Source: Chiloscyllium plagiosum
Taxonomy: Eukaryota
Assembly: GCF_004010195.1 (NCBI RefSeq)
Contig: NC_057719.1
Coordinates: 25,618,663 to 25,682,662, forward strand
Direction: 5' to 3'
DNA length: 64,000 nt
Position 1 is the stretch's first letter, and the number at the start of each line of letters is the position of its first letter. Positions 25,986 through 39,589 of the stretch are shown here, in pieces. The translations under genes and the position numbers were made by a program. The notes under the pieces are model-generated. The model was not told the origin of the DNA and did no database searches. It saw only the letters and a program-made list of their open reading frames with translations.

Positions 25986-26464
25986 TGTTTTAAAAAATTC
26001 TCAAGGTCAGGTTCGTAGGAGAGTATTCTGACACAGAACAAACGACCAAGAGGCGAGTCTGCTAGAATATGGGCATTTTATTCCCCGCAGCGTCGCCACA
26101 ACGGGTCTGGCTTATACTCACTCTACATGTTACCGGAACTGGGAGCCGTCAGTTCTCGTAGAGCGGTTGCCAACAACCCACGCTCGGCGGTTAAACGTAA
26201 CCCCGGAGCAGACTCACCGAACTGGAGACTTTTCCAGCTGATATACTCTTTTCCAGATATAAACATTCATGTGAACAGCAGAGCAAGGCTAAAAAACACA
26301 TTCCATTCTGGTTACATACAGATAAGAAGATTCACACGGGGAGGTGTGTAATAAGATTCACACGGGACTAAGCAACACCTCCATTCCGGTTAGATTCACA
26401 CATGTATTGGGACATAATTTTTAACCGTTTCACCACATTCCACTGCTTGGAATTTTACACCACA
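25986..26464 (-). mobile_element. Solo LTR (479 bp) with 5-bp target-site duplication
   Basis: TG...CA termini, TGGAA duplicated at 25981-25985 and 26465-26469, imperfect terminal inverted repeats, minus-strand AATAAA at 26077-26082, internal AGATTCACAC x3, CpG-rich; splits an older LINE. Confidence 0.75.
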
Positions 26465-27039
26465 TGGAAGATCATAGATCAGCGGCTTTGGAATGGTCAA
26501 CTTTGGAGATAACAAAAAGTAAAAAGGCACAGGATATCGGTTTCAACAACACATGATCTGAGACTGGGTTGGAGATAGGCTATTGCAAAAATCATAGCCT
26601 ATGATATGTAGTTAGAGATTCAGCTCAAATAGTATGGCAAGGTAACAAAAACACTCAAATAAAAACAAATGTGAATGCTGGAGTCTTGAATTTTTATAAA
26701 AAGTATTGGAAAAACTCAGCAGGTTTGTCTGCGTTTGAGAGAGGAGGAACAGAGTCAAATGTTCTGAACCTAACATGACACTTCATGGCCAAGCATCCTG
26801 TTTCTCTCCCCTCTATTGCTGTCAGTGCTGGAGGAATTCAGCAAGTCTGTTCTTATAACAAATAAATACCAGGCACAGGTCAGAGAAATAGGCAGAGTTG
26901 GTGGCTAGGGAATTGTGTGTTTGGCAGGGACCAAAGACAATAACTTCAGCCTTCCCCAATTTTTATATTATATATTGAACAGGCAGCATAACAAAATCAA
27001 TGAAAGGATAGAGATCAATTCTGCCAAAATCCATAGAAC

Positions 27040-28352
27040 CTTTGAAAAACTTGAGGATAGACAAGTCCCCCGGACCTGACGGGATATATCCTAGGATTAT
27101 GTGGGAAGCAAGAGAGGAAATTGCAGAGCCGTTGGCAATGATCTTTTCGTCTTCACGGTCAATGGGGGTGGTGCCAGGGAACTGGAGAGTGGGCGAATGT
27201 TGTGCCCCTGTTCAAAAAAGGGAATAGGGATAACCCCGGGAATTACAGGCCAGTTAGTCCTACTTTGGTGGTAGGCAAAGTAATGGAAAGGGTACTGAGG
27301 GATAGGATTTATGAGTATCTGGAAAGACACTGCTTGATTAGGGACAGCCAGCACGGATTTGTGAAGGGTAGGTCTTGCCTTACAAGTCTTATTGAATTCT
27401 TTGAGGAGGTGACCAATCATGTGGAAGAGGGTAGAGCAGTGGATGTAGTATACATGGATTTTAGTAAGGCATTTGATAAGGTTCCCCATGGTAGGCTTAT
27501 GCGGAAAGTCAGGAGGCATGGGATAGTGGGAAATTTGGCCAGTTGGATAGAGAACTGGCTAACCGGTTGAAGTCAGAGAGTGGTGGTAGATGGTAAATAA
27601 TCAGCCTGGAGCCCAGTTACAAGTGGAGTTCCGCAGGGATCAGTCCTGGGTCCTCTGCTGTTTGTAATTTTTATTAATGACTTGGATGAGGCAGTNNNNN
27701 NNNNNNNNNNNNNNNNNNNNNNTTTTTGAAAGTTGCCACTCAGGTGGATAGAGCTTGTAAGCAGGCCCATGTTGTATTAGCATTCATTAGCAGAGGGATT
27801 GAATTCAAGAGTCGTGAGGTGATGTTGCAGCTGTATAGGACCTTGGTAAGGCCACATTTGGAGTACTGTGTGCAGTTCTGGTCGCCTCATTTTAGGAAAG
27901 ATGTGGAAGCTTTGGAGCGGGTGCAGAGGAGATTTACCAGGATGTTACCTGGAATGGAGAATAAGTCGTACAAGGATAGGTTGAGTGTGCTAGGCCTTTT
28001 CTCATTGGAACGGCGAAGGATGAGGGGTGACTTGATAGAGGTTTATAAGATGATCCGGGGAATGGATAGAGTAGACAGTCAGAGACTTTTTCCCCGGGTA
28101 CAACAGAGTGTTACAAGGGGACATAAATTTAAGGTGAAGGGTGGAAGGTATGGGGGGGATGTCAGGGGTAGGTTCTTTACCCAGAGAGTGGTGGGGGCAT
28201 GGAATGCGCTGCCTGTGGGAGTGGCACAGTCAGAATCATTGGTGACCTTTAAGCGGCAATTGGATAGGTGCTTAAGCTAGGACAAATGTTCGGCACAACA
28301 TCGTGGGCCAAAGGGCCTGTTCTGTGCTGTATTGTTCTATGTTCTATGTTCT
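27040..28352 (+). mobile_element. Young 5'-truncated CR1 LINE (ORF2 reverse transcriptase), spans a 26-N gap
   Basis: [62 protein letters not shown]; frameshift and stops; (TTCTATG)n tail. Confidence 0.95.
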
Positions 28353-29400
28353 AACCCCCACCTTTAATACCATCAATCCTAACAGTCTCAATTTCTGTCA
28401 AACTACAAATGTCTCACAGTTCTAACAAAAGGTCCTGCCTTCTACACTGCTAAATCTCAATAAGGCTGACTGCCTCCATGCTCCCAAACTCAAGCAGCAC
28501 CAAAGGTCTGTGAAAAAGCAGTAATTTCCCTCCTCTGGACTTGAACCACCACAACAGCCATCTTTCGAAATCACGTATTCTTTGGTAGCAATCTATAGGA
28601 GCCCATCAGATTATGGAGCGAACCCACCTGCTCTCGAAATTGCTACTAAACTTTTGCCAGATTGGAGCATACCCAAAAATTCTGTACTGTCCAACACTAT
28701 CCTAGCGATACAGAATATCATACACTACTTTCACCTTGATAATGTTTCTTCATTTTAACCAAATTAGACTAGGAATTGATAATGGAACATAAAAGCCACT
28801 AATTTACATGCGTCACAGAAAAGTAAAACAAATCAGAAAGTTCAGAATTTTAACAAACACCAGAACACTATAGAACTATTTCACTCAGTCACAATTAAAA
28901 CAAAGTCCAAACACACCATTACATCCCACTGCTTAAAAACTTCCTTCAACTTGGCATGAATAATATCATTGAAGTGTGGTTATTTTGAAGGTGGTACATC
29001 TGAATGGTATCTTCAGTGTCTCTTCAAACCGTGACAGTTGTTTCGAATGAACAGTAAAGAAAAGAACAGTTGATCAGATACAGTGGGCTAAATCCACATT
29101 GCATTGATTATTTTAGAGGGATTCCTCGCTGTCAGGCTTAGCAAGTCTCTCACAAACACGCCGCATTAATTAGCTACCCCACTCCACGGCATCTCTCATA
29201 TTCAATTTCTGCTCCACCTTACCACATACCATTCTCAGAATAGTTTACTGGTCACCAGAGATCCCAGGATTCACAAGCATCCCTCGTGGCCACACCATCT
29301 TTGTACACTCAGACAAGCACCATCATGCAGAACAGTTCTGCTTGATTGCTGACATTTACTCTGGACGGGGAAAAAAAAAGCAATGCTCAGCAATGCAGGA

Positions 29401-29560
29401 AAGGATCTGGAGGTCCTACTGGCTAGGTGATGCACAGTTTTAATTTCCTCCTCCCTCAGGACCAACAGCAGAAGTCAAGGCAACAGACCATGCCAGCCTG
29501 GTCAGAGGTTGCCAGCCTCTAAAGCAGCCTCAGCCGTCTGGGGTGACAATATTGTCGTAA
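29401..29560 (+). mobile_element. Possible Harbinger/PIF Myb-SANT-like gene relic
   Basis: Frameshifted peptide DLEVLL..PQDQQQKSRQQTMPAWSEVAS resembles Harbinger Myb-like domains. Confidence 0.35.
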
Positions 29561-29677
29561 GTGCAATAGCCTTTTCCCCTCAAACATAGTAAAGTCCACC
29601 ATCTTCTCACACTCACTCCGTTCTGGAACTGCATCCAATTCCAACCAAGTTTAATGCTCTAACATTCTCAATATTGC

Positions 29678-30177
29678 NNNNNNNNNNNNNNNNNNNNNNN
29701 NNNNNNNNNNNNNNNNNNNNNNNNNNNNNNNNNNNNNNNNNNNNNNNNNNNNNNNNNNNNNNNNNNNNNNNNNNNNNNNNNNNNNNNNNNNNNNNNNNNN
29801 NNNNNNNNNNNNNNNNNNNNNNNNNNNNNNNNNNNNNNNNNNNNNNNNNNNNNNNNNNNNNNNNNNNNNNNNNNNNNNNNNNNNNNNNNNNNNNNNNNNN
29901 NNNNNNNNNNNNNNNNNNNNNNNNNNNNNNNNNNNNNNNNNNNNNNNNNNNNNNNNNNNNNNNNNNNNNNNNNNNNNNNNNNNNNNNNNNNNNNNNNNNN
30001 NNNNNNNNNNNNNNNNNNNNNNNNNNNNNNNNNNNNNNNNNNNNNNNNNNNNNNNNNNNNNNNNNNNNNNNNNNNNNNNNNNNNNNNNNNNNNNNNNNNN
30101 NNNNNNNNNNNNNNNNNNNNNNNNNNNNNNNNNNNNNNNNNNNNNNNNNNNNNNNNNNNNNNNNNNNNNNNNNNNNN
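29678..30177. other. Assembly gap (500 N)
   Basis: Run of N. A second 26-N gap lies at 27696-27721. Confidence 1.
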
Positions 30178-30866
30178 GACGTGTACAGTATATACCCACT
30201 CCCCCGTCATATACAGTATATACCCACTCCCCCGTCATGTACAATATACACCCACTCCCCCATCGTGTATAGTATATACCCACTGCCCCTTCGTGTACAG
30301 TATACGCCCACTCCCCCGTCTGTACAGTATATACCCACACCCCTGTCATGTACTGTATATACCCACTCCCCCGTCGTGTACAATATACACCACTCCCCCG
30401 ACGTGTACAGTATCTACCCACTTCCCCGTCGTGAACAGTATATACCCACTCCTCCGTCATGTATAATATACATCCACTCCTCCGTGTACAGTATATACCC
30501 ACTCCCCCGTCATGTACAATATACACCCACTCCCCCGTCGTGTACAGTATACACCCAATGCCCCGTCATGTACAGTATATACCCACTCCCCTGTCATGTA
30601 CAATATACACCCACTCCCCGTCGTGTACAGTATATACCCACTGCCCCGTCGTGTACAGTATATACCCACTCCCCGTCGTGTACAATATACACCCACTCCC
30701 CCGTTTTGTACAGTATATACCCACTGCCCCGTCGTGTACAGTATACACCCACTCCCCTGTCGTGTACAGTATATACATGCTGACCCGTCGTGTACAGTAT
30801 ATACCCACTCCCCCGTCACGTACAATATACACCCACTCCCGTCGTGTACAGTATACACCCACTCTC
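30178..30866. repeat. Minisatellite, about 27-29-bp unit GTCGTGTACAGTATATACCCACTCCCCC
   Basis: More than 20 tandem imperfect copies running into the gap. Confidence 0.95.
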
Positions 30867-32793
30867 CATTGTGTGAAGTATATGATGTATGTCCCATGCC
30901 AACTGTTTATGTATTGCATAATCCTGTATTGTGAAATGCCCAGACTAGGATTGAGACTGATATTGATGCTCACGTCACTTTTGTTTGAACGTTTTCTTAA
31001 TGATAGGGATTGATTGTAATTGCTGAAGTGGACATTAACTGTGCAGCAACAATCTCAAATCAGGTCTGACAACTTACCCTCCTGAATATTTTAGCCAGCA
31101 CCATTCGAAAGAGGATCTCCTATGGTTGGTCAGAGTGCTGTCTGTCTCATGTGTGAAGTCTCTTTACAATGCACTTTGTGAAGTTTCTTGAGACAGCTAG
31201 ATAGCTGACATGGTGAAAAGGTTATCCAAAGCCTATTCCACTCATCCCAGTAATTTGTATGTGTTAAAGGAAACAACAATAATCATATCAGAGAGTCATT
31301 TGATAATACTTTAATTTCAGGCAAAAAATGCCTCCTGATATTTACAATCCAATGTCATTAAGTGAAATACATAATTTTGCTAAGTGTGCAAGACCACCTT
31401 GTGTTGGTTTTTAAAAGTGAAGCTTTGGTCATTTCTTGTTCATAAACATGAGAAATACTGTAATAAAATGGAGTTTATAACAATTATCTCTATAACAATG
31501 GCCATTTCTGCTGTTTCAGTATATCTGCCACCTTCATTCAGGATTTAGTTAAACCCAGATTTGACCAATTCTCTCCTGACCAACCCTCCATCTTCCATGT
31601 TTCAAAACCCATATCTCGTTCAAATCTACATTCCCATACCTTGATCTGTTCACCCATGTGCATACAAGTCCACCAATGCCTCAATTTTTATTTCTGATCC
31701 TGTGGTTCAAATATATTTGTGGCTTTGGCGCCATTGTCTCTCTATCCATCTTTGGGATTACAATCGTTTAAGAACACAATGGGTCCTCCATACCTGGGCC
31801 CTTATTCATTCTTCCATAGACAGACGTCACTCCAGACATCTCTGTCCTAAGAAATTCCACCCTAACACTTTATCCAGCACTTCTCCTTGTTTAAAGATCT
31901 CCTCATAACTAACCTCTTTAACCAACCTGTTGCAATATACTTTGACCAGTAAAAGGTTTGTCTGATTTCAGTGGCTATGAAATCCCCCATTAGTATATCT
32001 TCCTGCTACAAAGTTACCATGGAACAAATGAAACATAGCAGGCTGTTGCTGTGCACCACTGTCTTTATCAAACTGTCCCCACTAAAGCTATGAATACTGG
32101 TGACGCACATTGCTAGCAGCAGACCACAAGGTACTTTCTTGTCTGGCCTATCAGCATCACTGATCAGCCAAACATGTCACCACTCAAACAAACAGGATCA
32201 GATAATGATTAACCACCTGAAGGTCACACAGCCATTCCCTTGTGTACCAACAATGACAGGACCAGAACTGCATATCCATCAGGGCCACAGAAAGTCACTT
32301 TACTGATGCTGTCATTATTTTGTGAGTGGACCATAATATTTGAGGCAACCATAAAGTTAGTTTTAAACACGTGTTCCTCACACCGTCCCTCAAGTCTACC
32401 TTTGACAAACTCTCAAACGCTCCCTTCGAGGTGTCTCCATTTACAATAATGAAGGTGGAAAGCAGAGAAATACAACTCTAAAGACAAATGTGACCGTATA
32501 AAATGTATAAATAGTACTGGTTTAAAAACATTCCAAAATATCAAGGAAAAAATCCAGAAATATTTAATATTTCCTAAACTAATACGAAAATTAAGTTGAA
32601 GCTCTGATAAAGGGTCAGATTTGAAACATGAATCGAACTAACCCCTTTCAGATGCTCACTGGGCTACTGCGAATTTCCAGGATTTCTTGCTTTCACGTAG
32701 GACTCCAAGCATTTTCAAGCAAAATATTGCATCCTTTTCCTTCTCCTGATTCTCAGAAAATTAATGCAGCTCTATCACTTCATTGTTATAAAG

Positions 32794-33105
32794 TCAAAAG
32801 GTCGGGAGGTTCTTTATTGGAGGGTTTGTTGCTTGCTCCAACTGGTCGATCTGCTTGTATATAAAATAATAGTCCCTTTGTGGCTGGCTCTTGTGAAGGA
32901 TGTTCTTGAGGCAGTGAGGCATCGCATCAGCAGCCAATTGCAGGCTCCTCTGCTCCACGACAAGATGCAAGCAGTAATCCTCGGTCTCTGAGATGCCAAA
33001 CTTTTCAGCACACTGACTGGACAGCTTCTCTGCGGTTGTCTCTGAGCTTATGGCAAATGTTTTGACATTAGATTCAAGCTCTAAAAAGTGTATACTCAGG
33101 AAATC
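32794..33105 (-). CDS. RIN3: RIN3 last coding exon, Ras-association domain to stop: DFLSIHFLELESNVKTFAISSETTAEKLSSQCAEKFGISETEDYCLHLVVEQRSLQLAADAMPHCLKNILHKSQPQRDYYFIYKQIDQLEQATNPPIKNLPTF*
   Basis: 312 bp open frame after a TTTTTGTAG acceptor; QCAEKF, QLAxDAxPHCxK and PxRD motifs of the RIN3 RA domain; TGA at 32796-32794; adjacent to LGMN as in human. Confidence 0.94.
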   Translation of the reverse strand, partial: DFLSIHFLELESNVKTFAISSETTAEKLSSQCAEKFGISETEDYCLHLVVEQRSLQLAADAMPHCLKNILHKSQPQRDYYFIYKQIDQLEQATNPPIKNLPTF

Positions 33106-33459
33106 CTACAAAAAGACCAAAGGGATTATGTATAAATCACTGGAAACAAATGAAGGCATAATTGTAGCAAGCTGTTGCAGTTCTGACCAGCAGAGGGAGC
33201 CATACACCATAACTAGAATAGCATCTCATTAAAAAGGACTCTGGTGGAGCCCCTACCTCTGAGTTGGGGGTCCTCAGTTCAAGTCCTACTTGCACCTGAG
33301 GTGTGTAATATTGTACTTGGTCAGGCCTGATTAGAAATATCAACATCTTATAGAAATTTGTCTGCATTGAACATTCAGCATCATAGGACTGATCATTCAT
33401 TCATTTTCAAAGAAAATCTACTTTTTTTTCCAAATTTGGCAAATGTTTGGATGAATATT

Positions 33460-33745
33460 GTTTGAGAGGGACAAAGGAAGACCTATTAGAATCGAGATAA
33501 GGAGAAACGTCTTCAGCCAGAGAGTGGTATATCGATGGAATGTATTGCCACAGAAGGCTGTGGAGGCCAGATTATTGAGTATATTTAAGACTGAGATAGA
33601 TAGGTTCTTGAGTGTCAAGGGGATCAAGGGTTATGGGGAGAAAGTGGGAGAATGGGATTGAGAAACTTATCAGCCATACTTGAATGGTGGAGGAGACTTG
33701 ATGGGCTGAGTGGCCTAATTTCTGCCCCTATGTCTTATGGTCTAA
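33460..33745 (+). mobile_element. CR1 3' end
   Basis: EIRRNVFSQRVVYRWNVLPQKAVEA; CTTATGGTCT tail. Confidence 0.85.
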
Positions 33746-34399
33746 GTGAGAAGCTCTAAAAAACAAGTAGGTGCTAGAGTCCAGAGGACATCTTTCTTGT
33801 CCAAGATCATGATGGGAGAGGCTGTTACCAATTTTACCCCTGTACCAAGTATGTTAACACTCCCTTTATTAACACACAGCAAACATTCCATGTTGCGACC
33901 TTGTGATCAGAAAGGCCACGGTAGACAATCTATCATACCACACAGTCAAGTGAACTGAAGTATGAAGGAACACATATGAGGAAGATAGGTTTGTCAGCTT
34001 GCAATGCTGCAAAGTAAAATGTAATTCTTGCCTCCTGCACAGACAGCTTTTCAGCAAAGGTTGAAAAGCTTACGTGGAATGGAATAGTTCCAAAACTCTG
34101 CCAAGAAAGCAATGCCTTTCTTACATAAGTGATTACAGCTGTTACACTTCAGGACCCCAGGGGAGTATTGACATGGTGCATATGCAGTGGAGGTGTCAAG
34201 GAAGTTGAAACTTTGAATGGGCTGATCTAATCTGTATATGATCCTCTGAAACCGTCTCTGAGCTCAGTGTTAGAGACTTGGATTTACTATGTGACACTTA
34301 CCCCTGCAATTGTTACATTGCTCGATTGCTGGCGTGCCTCAGTGATTACGAGTGTAACTTGAACATGCTCCTTGTTCATATGTGTGTAAAAGTAGGCCA

Positions 34400-35310
34400 C
34401 TCTGCCCTTTTGAGCCTGCTCTGACATTTAACAAGATTGGGCAGATCTGATTTTAACCTGAACTGTACTTTTCTGCGTACCTCGATAACCTTCCCTCCCT
34501 TGGTAATTGAGGATCTATCTCCCTCTAAGGTAAAAACATTTAAATATTCTGCATCCACTCTTTTTGAGGAAGAGAATTACAAAGACTCACAACCCTCTGA
34601 GAGAATATTTCTTTCCTCATTTCTGTCTTAAATAGGTGACCCCTTAGTTTGAAACATAAGAATTAGGGGCGTTCCGCCTGTCAATTCTGCTGCTGCTCCA
34701 TTTGATATGATCATGGCTGATCTCATCTCAGTCTCAACTCCACTCTCCTGCCTGCTCTCCATTACCCTTCACTCCATTACAAATACTGTTTATATTTACT
34801 CAAAGTCCCAGCATTCATCACACCCCCAGGGGTAATGAATTGCACAGATTTATGACTCTTTGAGAGAAGCAATTTCTCCTTATCTCATGTTTTAAATCTG
34901 TTATCACTTACCGTAAAACCATGATCTCTCGTTCTTGATTGCTGCAGATGAGAAAACATCCTTTCTATATCTACTTGGTCAATTCCTTTTAGCATCTTAT
35001 ATCCTTCATTAGGTCTACTCTCATTTTTCTCACCTCCAGAGGGTATAGGCTTAAATTGCTCCATCTCTCTTCATATAAGATAGACCCCTCATCACTGGAA
35101 TCTCTGAACCTCTCGTTCTAGGGTCTCTAACAAGAGGAAACAGCCTTTACACATCCACCCAGTCGAGTTACCTCAGGATCTCACATGTTTCAATTAGGTC
35201 ACATCTGACTCTTCTAAACTGCAGAAGATACAGGATTTGCCTTTCATCATAAGGCAATCTGCCAGGTAATTGACCAGTAAAACATCTCTGAACTGCTTCC
35301 AACACATCAA
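34400..35310 (-). mobile_element. Nested degraded CR1 3' fragments
   Basis: Minus-strand LEAVQRCFT..FRRVRCDLIETCEILR and CR1 3' UTR-like sequence. Confidence 0.65.
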
Positions 35311-35604
35311 CAAGAGAGAACAGATAGACTGGGGTTGTTTTTCTGCGGCTTGAGACTGGAGGTGGGGTTTGAGCATGAGTGAAACGTATGAAATTATGAG
35401 GGGCATAGATAGGGTAGTCAGGAAGGCCCTTCTTCACTTGGTGGAGGGATCAATTACTGGGCAGCACAGATTTACTGTAAGGGGCAGGAGGGGATCTGAG
35501 AAAAATGCTTGGTTTTCCTTACCCAGAAGGTGGTGAGAATCATTGCCTGTAATAGCAGAAAGCCTCATTGTATTTAAAATGTATTTAGATGTGTACTTGC
35601 TCTG

Positions 35605-36395
35605 TAAAGTTATGCACTTTGCGAGGAAGAATAGAGGCATAGACTATTTTAGAGATGGGGAAAGGCTTCAGAAATCTGAAGCACAAAAGGGTCTTAAGAT
35701 TCCTTGTTCAAGATTCTCTTAAGGATAATGTGTAGGCTCAGTTGACGGTTAGGAAGGCAAATGTAATGTTGGCGTTCATTTCAAGACGGCTAGAATACAA
35801 GAGAAGGAACGTACTGCTGAGGGTCTATAAGGCTCTGGTCAGACCGCATTTGGAATATTGTGAGCAGTTTTGGGTCCAGTATCTAAGGAAGAATGTGCTG
35901 ATGTTGGAGGAGATCCAGAGGAAGTTCACAAGAGTGATCCTAATAATGAGGGCTTGTCATATGGAGGAGTGGTTCTGGTGGATCTGTACTCAGTGGAGTT
36001 TAGAAGGAGGAAGAGGAACCTCATTGAAATTTACAGAATACTGAGAAGGCTGGATAGAGTGGACATGGAGAAGATGTTTCTACTAGTAGGAGAGACTAGA
36101 ACCCAAGGGCACAGCCTCAGAGTGAAGGGATGACGCTTTAGACTGAGATGAGGAGAATTTCTTTTCAGCCAGAGCGTGATGACTTTGTGGAATTCATTGC
36201 TGCAGAAGGCTGTGGAGGCCAAATTATTGAGTATATTGAAGACAGATAGGTAGGTCCTTGATTAGTAAGGGGATCAAGAGTTATAGGGAGAAGGCAGGAG
36301 AATGACGTTGAGAAACATAGTAGCTACGATCGTATGGTAGAACAATTTTGATGGTCTGAATGGCCTAATTCTATTTCCTTCTCTTATGGTCTATG
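35605..36395 (+). mobile_element. CR1 3' fragment
   Basis: VRKANVMLAFISRRLEYK..YKALVRPHLEYCEQFW; homologous to 11580-12256. Confidence 0.9.
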
Positions 36396-39300
36396 GTAAT
36401 GCCAATGCTATGGGCCAAGTGCTGGACATTGGGACTAGAACAGTGAGGTGGTTGTTTTTGACCAGTGCAGGTTTGATGGGCTGAAGGGTCATTTTCCATG
36501 CTGGAGATCATTATGACTCTATGACATCCTTCCGTACAGTAACTAGTGCTGTGCACGTTATTCCAGATGTGATCTCAAAATGCTCAACACACATGAAGCA
36601 TAACCTCCTGACTCTTGCCTCAGTTCCCCTTGTAATAAAACACATCACTCAATTAACTTTCCTGATTTCTTTCTGCACCTGCACGCTTACCTTCTGCGAT
36701 TCGTGCACCAGAACATGCAGGTCCCTCTGTATCTCAGAACTCTGCAACCTCTACTTTGATAATATGCTTTGTTTTCATTCTATCTGCAAAAACTTCCCAT
36801 TTTCCCACATTATACTCTATTTGCCAGGTCTCTGCCCACTCACTTAATTAATCTATATCCCTTTGTAGGTTCCATGCAATTCTGTTTCCTACTTTGTGTC
36901 ATCGGTGAATGTAGCAATGTTAACTTCAGTCCCTTCATCAAAGTCTTTTATATAAATTGAAAAGAGTTGAGGCCCCAATATAATTCTCATAACTCGTGAT
37001 GCCCAGCCAGTCTGAGAAAGATCCATTGCTCAATCTCCCACATCCCGCATATAGGCTCCTACAACCTCAATCAGGCCCCCAAACAGATCACACTCCTGAT
37101 GCAACTACTTAACCCATTGATCCTTCCTGACCTAACTACCTAACAACTGACTCCCTCTCAAACTGATGGCCCATCAATCAGAGTCCCCAACAGCTATCCA
37201 ACTCCACCCCGTCGCCACCCCCAACCATATTCCCTAATGCGATTAACCCACAACCCCTTACTTAACATCCGCCAATGAGACCCCTCCAAACCACAACCTG
37301 CTGCAAACTCCTGACATGATTGTTCACCCGTGGGCACGACTGGCAACACCCTTCTGACATCTTTCAACTCTTTCCTGAATGCCAGAGCTGATGTGGTAAT
37401 TAGAAGGGGTATGCCCTGTGTGCTCCTCCTCTTCACTATCCTTGCCCATGATAGCTGCATGGAAGCATCAATGCTACGGGTGAGACTGGAAAACCCAGCT
37501 GGATGCAAACGAAGCCTTCACAATTCGAGGCCCTGAACTGCTGCTGACTGGCAGATTAGGAGCAGCCAGATCTCACATTAAAATCATAACGTTCTGCAGT
37601 TACAGTCGATTGAATCTGCCTTAAATCCAACTCTGGAGTAAAGGCCTAGTTCAGTCTGGAGGCTGGTAGCCAGCATAGACTAGGTTCCAAGAAGTGTTAT
37701 TCTATTTTCTAATTTCAAATTTATTTCTATGATTTTGAAAATTGGACTTTTTATTTCTTTAATTTTTCTATTCTTTTCCCAAAAAGGTTGCACTGAAGAA
37801 TCTGTACCTAGGTACCTTATACCAAAGGTGGCACCGTGAATGGCAACTTATAAACGTTTCATTGTGCTGATGTGAGTACATGTGATAATAAAATTAATTA
37901 AATTAAATTCAATTCAAACACTCAAATTTTCCACATTGAGACTTCAATTGTTTCTTCAATAAATCTGCTGTTCATTATTTATAATAAGCAGGATATGACA
38001 TGTACGTACATCCCTTGGATCGAATAAGTGATGTGCAGGATGCAACTATTTAGATATAATTGTGAGGCAGACCTAGCCACAAATCACTGTGTGTTACACT
38101 CAAGTCTTTTTCCCTCCTCAGCAAAAATCTTTCCATTTAAAGATCATCTGGGGATGATTTAACTACAGCGCCTAACGTTAACATTGTTTTTATGCTCATG
38201 CAGCACAGATTGGATTCAGCTATTGTCCCTGCCAACTTATTCAAGTTGTTTCTCGATTCTGACATTTGCCGTCTATCAAAGCTCTCCTCAGTGAGGGGGA
38301 AATGAGATAATAAATTAGCGGTAAGTACATCTAACCTTGAAATGGGTTGGCTTGAAAGCAGAGGGAAAGCTTCCTGCCAAAGTCAGCGTTGATTCTGAAG
38401 ACTATCATTAAGATCACTCAAATGGGGGATTTCCTGTGTGGATCTTAAAGATCAATGGGTCTATCCACTACACTGCTTATTTGTCTCTGCTAGTTACTAG
38501 CAGTTTAGAGTTCCTCCACTTAGTCAACCACCGTCCTTCAGTTCTCCGCAAAAGCTGTCAAGATTATAACTGGACAAGATGGACAATTACTAGGTTGAAA
38601 TGAGGTAGGTCACTGTGAGGTTTCTGCGAAGATTAGAAGAATAGCAAGCCCTAGTGTCCACATCTTAGAATCCCATGACTGTATATTTGACATCTTAGTA
38701 TTCCATTACAGCATCCATAAAATGTGCAGGATTACTTACACGGAGAATTGTATTTTCCCCTAGAGATGGGGAAACAGTACCCTATCTGATTAGAACATCT
38801 AAACTGTGTAATTAAAAAAGTTGTTTTGTCTCCTTATTTTGGTTTTGAACTGAGTTACTAATCATTTTAAATGCTTGCATCCTGAAATATCAATATAGTA
38901 AATTTTCACAAAAATATCTTTATTTCTTACAGTGAAACCTTAAAATTGCTTTGAAAAGTAACGCTGTACGTTATGTTGTGAATTGTGTGGTTATCCTCCA
39001 TTTCATAGGATATGACACACGTGGCCATAAATACTGTGCTCACAGGAAACCTCTTGATGTAATCAACTGGTTTGATTGCTGCTTCAAAAATTGAGTTTAG
39101 CCCTTTGAGAGTTTAATTTGAGCTCACAACTGGGTTGGCAGACTCTGCTTTGTCTTGTGATTAAACTGAACTCTTGCCCAAATTTCCAGCAGTGTTTCAT
39201 TACTGTGCATGGAGTTATAACTTGCAGATGTACGCAAGGCAGATAAATGTGCTCAGATTTAACTTTATGAGGCCTGGATCTGATGAAGAGATTTTCCTGC

Positions 39301-39589
39301 TTTCAGGAATGTTCAGTGCTCCGGTGCAGAGAGAACGGGGAGGAGAACCATTGTGTCAGTTCTCTACATACGGTGCACGATCCTTGGATGCCTGGAGCTC
39401 CCCCATGTAGGTTATAAAGGGGACTGACAGGAGCCAAAGTAGGTCACTCAGTCATCTGAGCCTGCATCGTTATTTGATAAAGCCAGACCTGATTAGATCT
39501 TAATCTTAACTCCATATTCCTGCCTACCCCGGTAATCTTTCACCCCTTTATTTATTAAGAAACTGTCTACCTTTGCCATAAAAATATTC

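Noticed and set aside
30178..30866. CRISPR-like array or repetitive protein ORFs (several 135-369 aa ORFs)
   Set aside because: Contiguous tandem units with no unique spacers in eukaryotic DNA. The ORFs come from the stop-poor repeat and the N run.
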